Below, piece by piece: positions 49,553 through 62,080 of a DNA stretch of 64,000 bases. This stretch comes from Mobula birostris (Eukaryota). Each line of letters starts with the position of its first letter. The first letter of the stretch is position 1. The stretch lies in contig NC_092381.1 of NCBI RefSeq assembly GCF_030028105.1, forward strand, positions 41,579,474 to 41,643,473. Direction: 5' to 3'. The notes under the pieces are model-generated. The model had not been told where the DNA came from, did not search any database, and saw only the letters and a list, made by a program, of their open reading frames with translations. The translations under genes and the position numbers were made by a program.

Positions 49553-51259
49553 AGTCAAAACTCAGAGTCTACATTGCACCCCAAGTATTAACTAAATAGT
49601 TGTGCCAGAACAAAGTCCTGTGGCCCCAGAATGCCCTTACATTCTAGCAGCTGGTAGACTGCACAGAAGGATATGAAGGTGCTGTAATTGATCGATTGAT
49701 GAAAGGTTCCTACACAAAGTGCCTGATATTGTTTCTTGCAATGCTGTTTTAGAACACACATGGATTACATTTCAGTTGAACACTTTCTGCTTTATTTTTC
49801 ATTATTTTGTGTTTGGACAATCACAAAGTCTGAGGTTAATTTTGCACAGATATCTAGTGGCAGTCAACTAAATTCTCGAATCTTGATCACTGAGGATTAA
49901 ACCTATGATCGTGGATCAAAGTTCAGAAGGTAACCGGCAAAGATCCTTAAAGCATCCTTCCAGAGATTCAGAAGAAATTTGCTGTAGAGATCGATGGCTT
50001 ATACACACATTAGTGACAACTATACTTAACGCTTTGCCATACTACTTGACTGCCCTTTTCTGTACACACTGCGGCTGGATGTTGGTGAATGTGAATAGCA
50101 CTGTTTTGCTGAAAAATTCCTATCACATTATAAATAAAATAATAGAACCACAGAGGGAAGTAGGAAGATATACCACAATGTGGCTCCTCCAGTTGTTCTC
50201 CTGCTCTTCTGTTATTGACATGCAATTTACTTCCCATCCTGTATTTATCCAAGTTTGTTTGTAAAATTACTATTCAAGCTATTGCACCACAGTTTGGGCT
50301 GTGTCTTCTGGATCACATCAAATTGCTGTGTAGAGGGACTATTTCCTCCTGTTATCACCAGGAACAGTTAATCCTGATTTATTTTGTGTAGCATGTCAAT
50401 CATAAAACACAATTTTAGAAATTTTAATAATAATTCCCAGTGTTACTTTTCAGATAGGTTATCATAGAATCAAGGTTCCTGTAGACCGTAGTAGGTGTCT
50501 TGTTGCTGCAAGGCTGGCTTTATACTTCGTGCTGTCGGAAGAAGTTCTCTTCTAGTTTCTTCATATCCTGTTTACTTACAAATCAGTTCAATTAGAGTTG
50601 GCCTTCTGGTAGTGTCCTATGTAGAGAATTTTTTTTAGCTTTTGCTTTTATAAAATCTAATCATTTGGTATATTCTTTGCAAAAACAAAGTCAAAATATA
50701 AGCCAAAAATATATATACCGGATGAAAGGATTAGAAAAAAGAAACATCACAAAGAGTGCAACAAATTTAAAATAAATATTCCAAACAATCTAGCTTTTAA
50801 GTTCTCCATTAATCTCCTTGCATTATTGCTATCAAAAACATAAAATCCCCCTGACCTCTCTCCTCTACCAGCAAACCTGGTGCTGTGATTGACAGGAGCT
50901 CAGGCTGTGGGGTGGAGGTCAACATTATTGACTTTGTGATAATGTCAGTACTGTAGTAGGAAGAAACAATTTGGGCTCATGGATTTATTTATTCTCTAAC
51001 CAAGTCACAAGAGATTAAATGAACAGCGCAGCTTAAAAAAAATGGAACTTCTGTGGGTAAATTGGAACTCTGATTTTGTTTTCCTGCATCCTGGATAGGT
51101 TTTGGAATCACATGTAAAAATTAAAATCAATTAAAGCGCTACTGCTACCTTCAGATTAAGAGCTTGTGCATGTCAATTGGCCCAGAAAGATAATGAACAA
51201 TTATGGTGAATCACCTTTAGCCTGTGATCTATTTTCTCCAATAAACTTTATTATTTTAG

Positions 51260-51745
51260 AGGCATCGAGTTATGGAGCAATAAAGCAGGAAAGCAAATGT
51301 TTTGACCCACTATGTACTGCTGACCACCAACCACCTATCCTATATTGATCCTTTTTTATTCTCATCAACTCCCGCCAGATTATACCATCCACCTTCACAC
51401 TAGGGACAATTTACAATATCCAATTAATTAACCAATGCTCATATCTTTGGGATGTGGGAGCAAACTTGACCAATCGGAAGGAACTCATGTGTTCAGAGGG
51501 AGAATATGCAAATTCCACACAGACAGCACCGTAGGTCAAAGTTCAAAGTTCAAAGTAAATTTATTATCAAAGTGCATATATGTCACCATTTACATACAGC
51601 CCTCAGATTCATTTTTATGCAGGGAGGCATTCACAGTAAATACAAGAAATACAATAGAATCAATGAAAGACCATTCCCAACAGGATGGATGTACAATCAA
51701 TGTGCAAAAGACAACAAACTGTGCAAATACAAAATAATAATAATA
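51260..51745 (-). mobile_element. Old V-SINE fragment plus adjacent LINE-tail SINE-like element
   Basis: TCTTTGGGATGTGGGAG...GGGAGAATATGCAAATTCCACACAGAC; (TCAAAGT)n tail at 51537-51555. Confidence 0.6.
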
Positions 51746-51749
51746 ATAA

Positions 51750-52452
51750 CAGAAGGAGGAAGAGGAATAACATACATAAAGAATTTACACAAAAGGTAAA
51801 TAAAACTTCTAAAGATATATTTTCATCACTGAAAATTGGATTCAGCACGCCATGTGATCATATACGATTCTGGTAAGGTATACACATCACTAAATTTATA
51901 CGAAAGCACAATACAGTAAAATGAAGTTGTTATCGCTACAGAAGAAAAAGGAAGAGAAAGACCCTTCATGGAAGACACCCCCACAATCGGAGCATACTAA
52001 GTGCCAACAAGGAAGCATCGAATGGCTGGCTCAGAGTTGGAGACCTCTTTCCAGATACAGAGGAGTTCCTTGTGGGGATACAGGATCAGATGATTAGCAC
52101 AAAAAAATTATCGAAAGTACACAATAAATTTCCAGCAAAGATGACAGGTGCAGAAGATGCCAAGAAAAACTCAAAACAATCTAACACATTACAAAATCCT
52201 GTAGCAGTTTAGCTCAATCTGGTTACTTACACAGACACAATCAACTGGCAAACATCACTCACCAAAATCTTGCTTTAAAATACAAACTCACAAAAAACAA
52301 CATACCTTACTATAAATACAAGACTGATCCAGTTTATGACCAGAACTTGGGATAGGCCAAAGATCCAATGGTCAAGGGAAGGATACTCCATTCCAGCATA
52401 TTTTCAGATTAGAAAGAACACCAGGTTAAATTCAGAATGATAAAAATAATAA
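51750..52452 (+). mobile_element. R4/Dong-clade (restriction-like endonuclease) non-LTR retrotransposon fragment
   Basis: Frameshifted translation 51961-52335: LHGRH...GWLRVGDLFPDTEEFLVGIQDQMIST.NYRKY...CRRCQEKLKTI*HITKSC (C-x2-C-x8-H-x4-C)...YLHRHNQLANITH...YYKY; flanked by (TAA)n. Confidence 0.8.
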
Positions 52453-52524
52453 TCTTTACACAGCAGTACAGAAGCACAGCTAGTAGACCTGCTACTTCAT
52501 GGCACCATAAATTGGGTTCCATAT

Positions 52525-52945
52525 TGAATGGAAAAGCCTACAAAAAGTAATGGATATCGCCCAGTCCATCACAGCTAAAGCCTTCTCCACCACTGAGCAC
52601 ATCTACCTGGAGCACCATCACAGGAAAGCAGTATTCATCATCAAGAACCTTCACCATTCAAGCTATGCTCTCGTCTCACTGCTGCCATCAGGAAGAAGGG
52701 ACAGAAGCCCCGGGACCCCCAACACCAGGTTCAGGAACAGTTTTTATCCCTCAACCATCAGGATATTGAACCAGAGAGGATAACCTCACTCAATTTCACT
52801 CGCCCTATCACTAAACTGTTCCTAAGCTATCACTAAATGCTACCGTGAAGCAGCGTCAGCAACCTGGTTTCATTTCTGCCACTGGCTGTAAGGAGTTTGT
52901 ACATTTTCCCCATGACTGCATGACTTTCCTCCAAGTGCTCAAAGA
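52525..52945 (+). mobile_element. Rex-like 3' fragment followed by V-SINE fragment
   Basis: AQSIT...IIK..HH....SLLPSGRR...RFRNSFYP; then GTAAGGAGTTTGTACATTTTCCCC. Confidence 0.6.
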
Positions 52946-54704
52946 TACTCTGAGGTATGGTTCTAATTAGCTTAAGATATTTTAGAAAGGGAAGTGGCTA
53001 TTACTGTTTGACAAATTTGCTGCCTTTTGACACTAATTACCTCCTAACATGAGTAGATCTGTTCCTTTGGTGGGATCTTCCTCCGTCTTCCCTTGACACC
53101 ATTACAAATGGTTCAGTTTTCCTCCTATACATCTGATTGACGTATTATCCAACTTGGATCAAATTGCAACTCAGATTTCCTGTCCAGATACAATCTTGGT
53201 TACTTTGTTTCTTTCAGAGATTGAACTTTCCAAAACGTAAGGCACCAGTTAAATTTTGTGCTTCCTTTAATAGATTTTTTAATTCCATCTGTACTTAATG
53301 TATTCCATTATCTCTCAAACATATGGATTGATTCAAGTTACCTGAGGCTATTTTGCACTGTACCTCTCCATCTCATTTCTGTTTTGTTGATATCTTTTAA
53401 AATAGCTAACTGAAGTCATACTTTGTTTTTGAAATATATCTGTAGGGGACCAACCAGATCATGAAACCCAAGACTTAAAGTCAGGGGCATAAAATAATTT
53501 TTAGTAGATCTAAGTGTTATAGTGCTAGCAACCTCTTTATTCCATTAGTTTCACTTTTTGGTAATTGGATAAAAATATATTTTCCTGTTAGAGTGTCACT
53601 ATAAAAGTTAAGCAAGAACCATGCCTGCAATATTTTTCTCTAACATATAAAATGTTATGTCACAACATTAGTCTTCTTTGCCCTCTTTCTTAACGCTCAG
53701 AAAAGGAGGGGAGAAAGGAACAAATTTCTCAGCTGAAATTTAACTGGGGTTCTTCTGGTCTCTCACATTGTCAGGATCTTTGGATCTTCCATGTTTTATT
53801 TCAATTGGAATCCAAAAGCAAGAAATTATCTCCTGGATAACACTTAAAAAATTTCTTTTAAAAATTCACTGTTGCAGCTCTTTTATCAGAACAAGTTGTC
53901 CAAAGAAGCAAAGAGCATAATGTCAAAAGATTATCACAGGCCTGAACTTATAGATGTACGCTGAAGTTAAGGAAGGAGTGAAGAATTTCATACAATGTGA
54001 TATATTTGTCAAACCTTCACAGAGTGCTTAGGCAACAGCCAGCCTGTGAAAAGACTATAAGGTAGTCCTAAACTAAGCTGTAGACAATGAGCGATGCACC
54101 ATGCCCACATTGCATGATCTTCCTGCTGATTTTGCATGAGCCAAATTCTTTACCAAACTTGATCTATCTCATGCTATGCATAACTAAGTGCAGACAAAGA
54201 AAGCCACACTTTGTTGAAATACCAACTCTCTTAAAGTGTGAAGTCACCACCCAAAATACCTCAAGGCACCATTGTCAGGATGCTAAAGGAAGTCGGATGC
54301 TGTCTCTGCATCCAAGGAGAAATTTTGGTTGCAACTGTCACAGAGGAGAATCCTGGAATATATGAAAATGTATTGAAGAAGCATCAGAAAAGTAAACTGT
54401 ACCGAAGCAAGTGGCCTCTAAGGTAGATACATATTGTCTGCAACCAGTCCACATAAAGATTAAGACTTTTGTCAAGACCAGAAACTTGAAAATGTCAACA
54501 GATTTTGATGTTGTCTTAGCATGGGTCAATATTAATTGGTAATTGGCTTATTACTAAGATACAGCAAAAAATTTTGCTTCCTCTGCCATCCAGACAGTTC
54601 ACTCCATACATAAGAACATAAGAAGTAATAGAGTCATACAGTACAGAAACTGACCCTTCAGCCCAATTAATAATATCAATAATAATAATAACTTTAGGTA
54701 TAGT

Positions 54705-54799
54705 GGTGTGGCACCCCACACAGACTTCCAATCTGTGCCTTGTAAGGCATGAAAATGCCCCACGCAGGCCTCTCATGTCTGAGTCGACGTTCCCTCCCC
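54705..54799 (+). mobile_element. 5'-truncated copy of the SINE at 6122-6351
   Basis: CCCCACACAGACTTCCAATCTGTG...GACGTTCCC match; TTA.GTATAGTG repeated on both sides. Confidence 0.8.
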
Positions 54800-55226
54800 C
54801 TTATGTATAGTGCACTTTTCATACAATGTAATGCAGAGTGCTTACAATCAGGTAAAAGTACAAACATAAAAATAAAATAAAAAATAAAAATAAAAATAAG
54901 CATTAAAATAAAAAAAAGATGGTAGTTAAAAGCAAGCTTAAATAAATAGTTTTTGAACTGGTTTTTAAAAGTGTCAACTGAGGGCACCATAGTCCCTCAT
55001 AGTTTTAGGTATCGAATTCAACAGTTTAGGAGCGTGGTTCAAAAAAGCTGACCTGCCAATTATCTTTTGAGAGAGAGTGTTTGAATCTAAGAGACAGGCA
55101 GAAGAAGACCTTCGAGCTCGAGCAGGATTATAAACATAAATGATTCTTTGTTGTCAATAGATTGCTATGGAAGCCAGTAAAAAGTGCATTGCAGTATTCT
55201 AGAATATTCAATATAAAGGCATGAAT
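54800..55226 (-). mobile_element. L2-clade LINE 3' fragment
   Basis: HAFIL..LEYCNALFTG and PSVDTFKNQFKNYLFKLAF peptides typical of L2 ORF2 ends. Confidence 0.65.
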
Positions 55227-55735
55227 TAGCCCATGCCAACCAAGATTCCCATCTGCTAGTCCCATTTGCCTCTGACTTACTGTATGTCCCTTTGATCCTT
55301 TTCTATCCATCTACATGTCCAAGTACCTTTAAAATATTGTGAATATACCAGTGTCAACCACTTCCTCTGGAAATTCATTCCATATTCTGACCACCTTCTG
55401 GGGAAAGAATTGCCGTTTTAGATTCCTATTAAATCTCTTCCCCTCATCTTAAACCTATGTCCTCTAATTTTTGATCCCAACCTTGCGTATTCACTCAATC
55501 TGTACCTTTCATAATTTCACACCTCTATAAGATCATCCCACATTCTTCTGTACTCCAGTGAATAATGTCACAACCTGCTCAGTCTCTATCAATGTTTTGA
55601 CCCTCAAGTCCTGGCAACATCCTTGTGAGTCTCCTCTGCAATTTGTCCAGGTTACTGGCATGTTTCCTATTTCTGATGACCAAAACTGAACACAATGTTC
55701 CAAATGCACCCTCCTCAATCCCATGTACAACTCTT
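55227..55735 (-). mobile_element. Old CR1 3' fragment
   Basis: VHLEHCVQFWS peptide; CR1 3' UTR. Confidence 0.7.
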
Positions 55736-57689
55736 ACAAGATGTTGGTCTAGTACAAAAGGAAAATAAGGTCAGAATGCAGGATATTTTGTTACAGTGAC
55801 AAAGAGAGTACAGTGCTGATAGACAAAATAAAATGCAAGGACCATGACAGATAGGTTGAGAGATCAAGAGTGCATCTTTGGTGCATAAGAGGTCTGTTCA
55901 AGACTTTTATAACATTAGGATAGAAGCTCTCCTTGAGCGTGGTGATATGAGATCCTTTCTAAACAAACATTCCATTATATGCATATAAACTACTGGAAGA
56001 AGCTTCCTGGCATCTGGGGACAGTAATTCAAAACGTATTAAGAGGTCATGCACCACCATTTAATGCTCTATGGGGGAACTTGGTTCCATTCCCTGACACA
56101 TAGGTTTCCAGAGAACATAATGGCCAACAATTTGTGTTATTTCAATTTGAATAGTTTGTGGAATTAAAGACAGACTCACTGATTTTCTTCTGAGCTGCGG
56201 ATTATCACTGCATTCTGTGATGGGATTCAATTCTGCAGGAGTTTTGGTGCACAGAAAACTGAGGGCATGTGTGAGTTTGACTGAGGCTAAAAGTGAAAGG
56301 TAAAAGAAAAGCAAATCTCATGGCCCACATGATTAAGGAAAGCAGCTCAGATTGCATAATAAATTAATGTGTAGTTATGACCAGGTGGTCAGGGACCTAA
56401 ATGTGGAATATCAGGCAGACTGTGGACCATGGCCAATGGGAGTGTGCAATTTAAATGGAGTCCGCATGGACTAGATGGGCAGAAGAGCCCGTTTCTGTAC
56501 TGTACTTTTCTACGACTCTATGACTCCATATAAGTTTTCAAGGATTCACTCACAAGACGAACTGAAAGTTTCTTACATCGACTGCTCATTTCATATCACT
56601 TTGTATCATACCCAATAAAAGAGTACGGATGAGTATGTGTCTGAACATAATCTTGAAATAAGCTTTCTGGATAAAAGTAAAAGCTGCATCAACATCTGTT
56701 GAGTATGTTATATTGGGGATCGACAAGAGCAAGATCAGTGCAGTTACAAAGGTCAAAGGGAATTCAAAATCTAATCAAAGGGAGAAGCAGTGTAGTTTAT
56801 ACATGCAAATCCAGCATCACTCTAAGATATTTGTTCACATGTGTTTTACTGTCTGTGTGTGAGCTGAAGGAGGAGTCAATAACCCTAAATGCATCATATA
56901 GTTTTCTGGATTTTCAATGTATTACTCTGCATACATTGCAGTTTATTACATGAGATATGGGGTAGTATTGCTACAGAAATATGGCAGGTCTTCAAGTAGG
57001 TATGTTCTGCCACACAGCCTTTAAGAAATTTAGGACACCTGATGACATTGCTCTGAGGGTCATGCAAATGCAAAAACCTGTCCACTGTCGTCTAGGAAAG
57101 CATTTCTCAGTGCTCTCTTATAGGGATTGCTTAATGAGGAATTCCCTCTGGCCTTTATGTGTTAAAAGGATAGGACTTGCTAATTCATAACCTAACATGG
57201 TAATCATTTTGAATGCCCCAATCACCCTAAAGGCATGGCTTCAGAAATATAAAACACTGGAAGCTGGGAAACGGTTTTAGTACCATTGCCTCCCTCATTA
57301 GTGCCTCTGATAGGATGGGATTTCTGTGGAATTTTGTTATAGCATCAGAAGTTTCAGATTTCTTTTAAATATTTACACTATAATAATTTGCTTCTGAATA
57401 GGGTTGAATGTGTAAGGCTTCTGACATAATTAAGGTGCGGAGATCAATTTGGATTGGGATTAAAAAAACAATCAAACACGATATACAGGAAAACGTGGTT
57501 ATGTATAATGCACAATATATAGGAAATTCGCTATAGATTTATATAGGAAATGATGGATACTGGGACTACATCACAGAAAAGAATTTTAACATTTAAGTGC
57601 CTTGCATTCAGAAAAATAAAGAAAAAGATCATACAGCATGTTGAAACAGTTAGCTTTAATTAAATATAATAAGCATATAAGTTTGTTTC

Positions 57690-59125
57690 TTAAGAGAAAG
57701 TCCATCCAGTAACACTTGCATCAGCTGTGATGAAGTGCTTTGAGAGGTTGGTTATGACTAGAATTAACTCCTGTCTCGGCAAGAATCTAGACCCACTGCA
57801 ATTTGCCTATCGCCACAATAGGTCTACAGTGGATTGGAACTCATTGGCTCTTCACACCAATAACACGGGAAGGAAGATGATGTATTTGAACATATTCTTG
57901 AAGTAAGCTTCCTAGACACTGAATGTAACTATTATATTGTCCAGGATCATCTGGACAATAAAAATATCTGTTTAGGACTGTTAGGCTGTGTTAGGTTGTT
58001 TATTGACTACAGCTTAACATTTAACACAATCATTCCTACAGTTCGGATCAAAAAGCTCCAGAACCTGGGCCTCTGTACCTCCCTCTGCAACTGGACCCTC
58101 GACTCCCTAACCGGAAGACCACAATCTGTGTGGATCAGGACCAACATATCCTCCTTGCTGACAATCAACACTGGTGCACCTCAAGGTTGTGTGTTTAGCC
58201 CACTGCTCTACTCCCTCGATGCCCATGATTTTGTGGCTAGGCACAGCTCAAATGCCATCTATAAATTTGCTGATGATACAACCATTGTTCACAAAATTTC
58301 AGACTGTGACGAGAGGGCATAGGGTAGTGAGATATGTTAGCTAGTAGAGTGGTGCTGCAGCAACAACCTTCCACTCAATGTCAGTAATACCAAAGAATTC
58401 ATTGAGGACTTCAGAAAGGGTAATACAAGGGAACACACACCAGTCCTCATAGAGGGATCAGAAGTGAAAAGAATGAGCAATTTCATGTTCCTGTGTGTCA
58501 ATATCTCGGAGGATCTCACCTGGACCCAACATATCAATTCAGCTTCAAAGAAGGTACAAAAGTGGCTTTATTTCATCAGGAGTTTGAAAAGATTTAGTAT
58601 CATCAAAACCACTTGAAAATTACTACAGATGTATTGTGGAGAGCATTCTAACTGGCTGCATCACCACCTGGTACTGGGGGTGGCGGGAGGTGGGGTGATT
58701 CAGTGGCTACTGCACAGGATCGAAGTACGCTGTAGAGAGTTGTAAACTTAGTCAGCTCCATCATATGCAATAGCCTCCGTAGTATCCAGGACATCTTCAA
58801 GGAGTGATGCCTCAAAAAGGTGGAGTCCATCTTTAAGGGCACCCATCACGACCCAGGTCATGCCTTGTTCTCACCGTTACCATTAGGAAGGAGGTACAGA
58901 AGCGTGAAGGCACCCACTCAATGATTCAGGAACAGCCTCTTCTCCTCTGCCATCCTATTTCTGAATGGACATTGAACCCATGAACACTACCTCACTACAT
59001 TTTATTTCTATTTTTGCACTATCTATTTAATTTGACTATTATATATATATATATATATCTGTAAGTCAACAAAGTCAACAAATTTCACAGCATATGCTGG
59101 TGATATTAAACCAGAGTCTGATTCC
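57690..59125 (+). mobile_element. Decayed Rex/Babar LINE RT 3' half
   Basis: [58 protein letters not shown]. Confidence 0.88.
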
Positions 59126-60874
59126 AATTTTGAGGTGTAATTGCATTTCATTAAGGAAAGCTCTCTGCTCAGTTTGCCTGTTCCTTTGTGCTCCCATAGT
59201 CATCAATAATTCAGCTGAATAGAGAGACAAACTCAATGTAGTTGCTGAGCCAACGATGAAGCAGATGAAAAGCTGTTAAATATTTTGCCTCAATTAAGGT
59301 TATATCAACAAACCTTTGCAGTTAATTTTAAGCTATCTGCAGCAATATGATAGTAAGAAAATGCTTGTTAAAGGTAATCAAGAGGTAAACTTGTATAAAA
59401 CTACATTCACATTTACCGTTTGGACAAATTCACATCCTTTTGATTTGATTATCTCAGTAAATGCCAATAGACAATTCAATAGTTCAGTGCAAGAACTCTG
59501 CTGAATTGCCAATCTGTATGTAGGAGCAGCTGAATGAAAAGTATTTTCTTTTATTTGAAATGAGTAGTAAAGGAACATTAATGGATATGTGTGAGTTGTC
59601 TGCAATTGTTATAGTTTAAATATAATGGAGAGGAGGATAAAACATTTGAATGAGAATAATGGGATAAATTAAATAAAAACAGTGTCAATTGGTATTGGTT
59701 TATTATTGCCACATGTACTGAGATACAGTGAAAAACTTTTGTTTGTGTACCACCAGATAGTATAGTTCTTTAATTTTTGTGCGTTTTTAGGTTTGCAATT
59801 ATCATTCTTTCCATTTTGTTCTTTTACCCAGAAAGGTGTGATTCTTGATTTCAGGGCCAAGTGGCGGAACTGCTTTACAATTAAAGTCTCTTGTTATTTC
59901 CATTGGGAACAAATCAAAGGGATAGCATGGAAATACAAAGCCTCATAATACAACAGCTCATTTCACTCGGCATTAAGGAAATGTTTTATGAAGGTGACTC
60001 ACATAATTGTGGCAAGGCATTGACCAGAATTAAGTCTTGTGAGTTAAACTGTACAATAAAGAAGAAATGAGGGATGATTGATGAACCTAAGTATGTAGAA
60101 ATAAAGTCAATCTGTGTGGAGATGATACTGAAGCAATCTTTGGATGTTTGAAGGTCAAATCAAATGTCAATTGGAAAGATGGTAACAGCATTAAGTGTAG
60201 GACTTCCATATTGTGACCCAAACGATGCTGTCAAGGTGATAGTTAATCTAATGATGCTCACCATTATTTTAGTGGAAATTCCGCTGTGACTTCAGGAGAC
60301 AAGCAATTGTCTCATTATCACAAACTCCTCCTTTATTTTCACAAAACTGGCCAGCTGGCCCATCGGGCAGATTGAAAGTTATAAATTTTGCACGCTAAAT
60401 CCAGACTGAATTTATCACAGAAAGTTAAGATTTGTGTATTTAAGTTCAAGTACATATTTCACAATGAGGTATTAAATACTGCCAATTAACTTTTTGACAA
60501 AAAAAGAGTTGAGGTGGTGGGTTCTAATTCCTTTCAGTTTCAATTGTTGTCATAGATACTAAAATTTGGAAATTACATGTTTATTTTTTTCTGTACCTCA
60601 GTAGATTTAGTCTGTCATTCTTCTTGCTTTGCCTGGTTTTGTTATTGACCTCACTCATAATAGACAGGACCATATGCCAAATGGATGGCAGTCCCTTTGA
60701 GGAGTATCACCTATCCACCCTCCGATATTCAGAACCAGAATCTGGATTATTATCGCTGGCATGTGTTGTGATATCAGCACATCTTTTACTTGTACATCTG
60801 TGCACTGAAGTGCAGAAGCTGGCCCATTTGACCTTCTGCTCTGTCACTGGATGAGGCACTGTCCTTGTTCTGAG

Positions 60875-61190
60875 CTGAAAGAACTAGAATTAGGGGACAT
60901 AGCCTCAAGATTTGGGGGAGTAGATTTAGGACGGAGATGAGGAGGAATTACTTTTCCCAGAGGGTGGTGAATCTGTGGAATTCTCTGCCCAATGAAACAG
61001 TGGAGGCTACCCCTGTAAATATAGTTAAGACAAGATTGGATAGATTTTTGCATGGTTGGGGAATTAAGGGTTATGGGGAAAAGGGAAAAGGCAGGTAGGT
61101 GGAGATGAGTCCATGGCCAGATCAGCCATAATCTTATTGAATAGCGGAGCAGGCTCAGCAGGCCAGACAGCCTACTCCTGCTCCTATTTC
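60875..61190 (+). mobile_element. CR1 3' fragment (tail resumes at 61643-61660)
   Basis: GGTGGTGAATCTGTGGAATTCTCTGCC; GGAGCAGG...CCTGCTCC stem-loop. Confidence 0.85.
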
Positions 61191-61642
61191 ATTGGGCAGA
61201 GAATTCCACAGATTCACCACCCTCTGGGAAAATCCCCGGCCTTGCCTGCTTTTGGCGATTGAGAAGGAGGTCAAATCGTTCGGACAGAGATGGCGCTCAG
61301 TACTCAGTGTCGGAGAGCTGATCAGAGCTCAAAGTTTTCAGATGACTCAGAGTCGGATTGTGGTCGGCATGGCAGGGAGAGTTTTTCTTCCTTCTCCCGT
61401 CTGCGTGAGATGTGGGACATTTGAGAAACTTTGAACTTTACTGTGCTCATGGACTTCTTCATCAAGTTATGGTATTGTTACACTGTTTGTAACTATATGT
61501 TATAATTATGTGGTTTTGTCAGTTTTTTTAGTCTTGGTTTGTCCTGTGTTTTGTGATATCACACCGGAGGAAATAATGTATCATTTCTTAATGCATGCAT
61601 TACTAAATGACAATAAAAGAGGACTACGTGTCTTCATAATCA
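61191..61642 (+). mobile_element. 5'-truncated non-autonomous retroposon with templated 5' filler
   Basis: 3' end shared with 9309-10003; TSD TATTTC at 61185-61190 and 61643-61648. Confidence 0.7.
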
Positions 61643-61689
61643 TATTTCTTATGTTCTTACCTTCAGTTTTATGTCAATGATGGTGAATG

Positions 61690-62080
61690 TGTAATGCATG
61701 GCCTCATTCAACTATGCTGACCAAGTTATCTACTCAAACAAAATCCATTTCTCTGCATTTGGCCCATTTTCCTACAAACCAGTTCAGTTTGTGTACCTGT
61801 GTAGATGTCCTTTAAATATTATAATTGTACCGGTCTCTACCACTTCTTCTGGCAGATCATTCCATATATCCACCACCTTCTGTGTGGAAAAAGTTACCCC
61901 TCAGATCCCTTTTGGATCTTTCACCTCTGACCTTAAACCTATGCCTTCTAGATTTAGACTCCTCTACCCCAGGGAAAAAGATGATGATCATTTATCTGTT
62001 GACTTTATAAACTTCTGTAGGGTCACCCCTCAGCCTCCTACACACCAGGGGAAAGAAGTCCCAGACTATTTGGTCTCTGA
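61690..62080 (-). mobile_element. Old CR1 3' fragment
   Basis: TCTACCACTTCTTCTGGCAGATCATTCCATATATCCACCACC...CCTTAAACCTATGCC. Confidence 0.7.
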
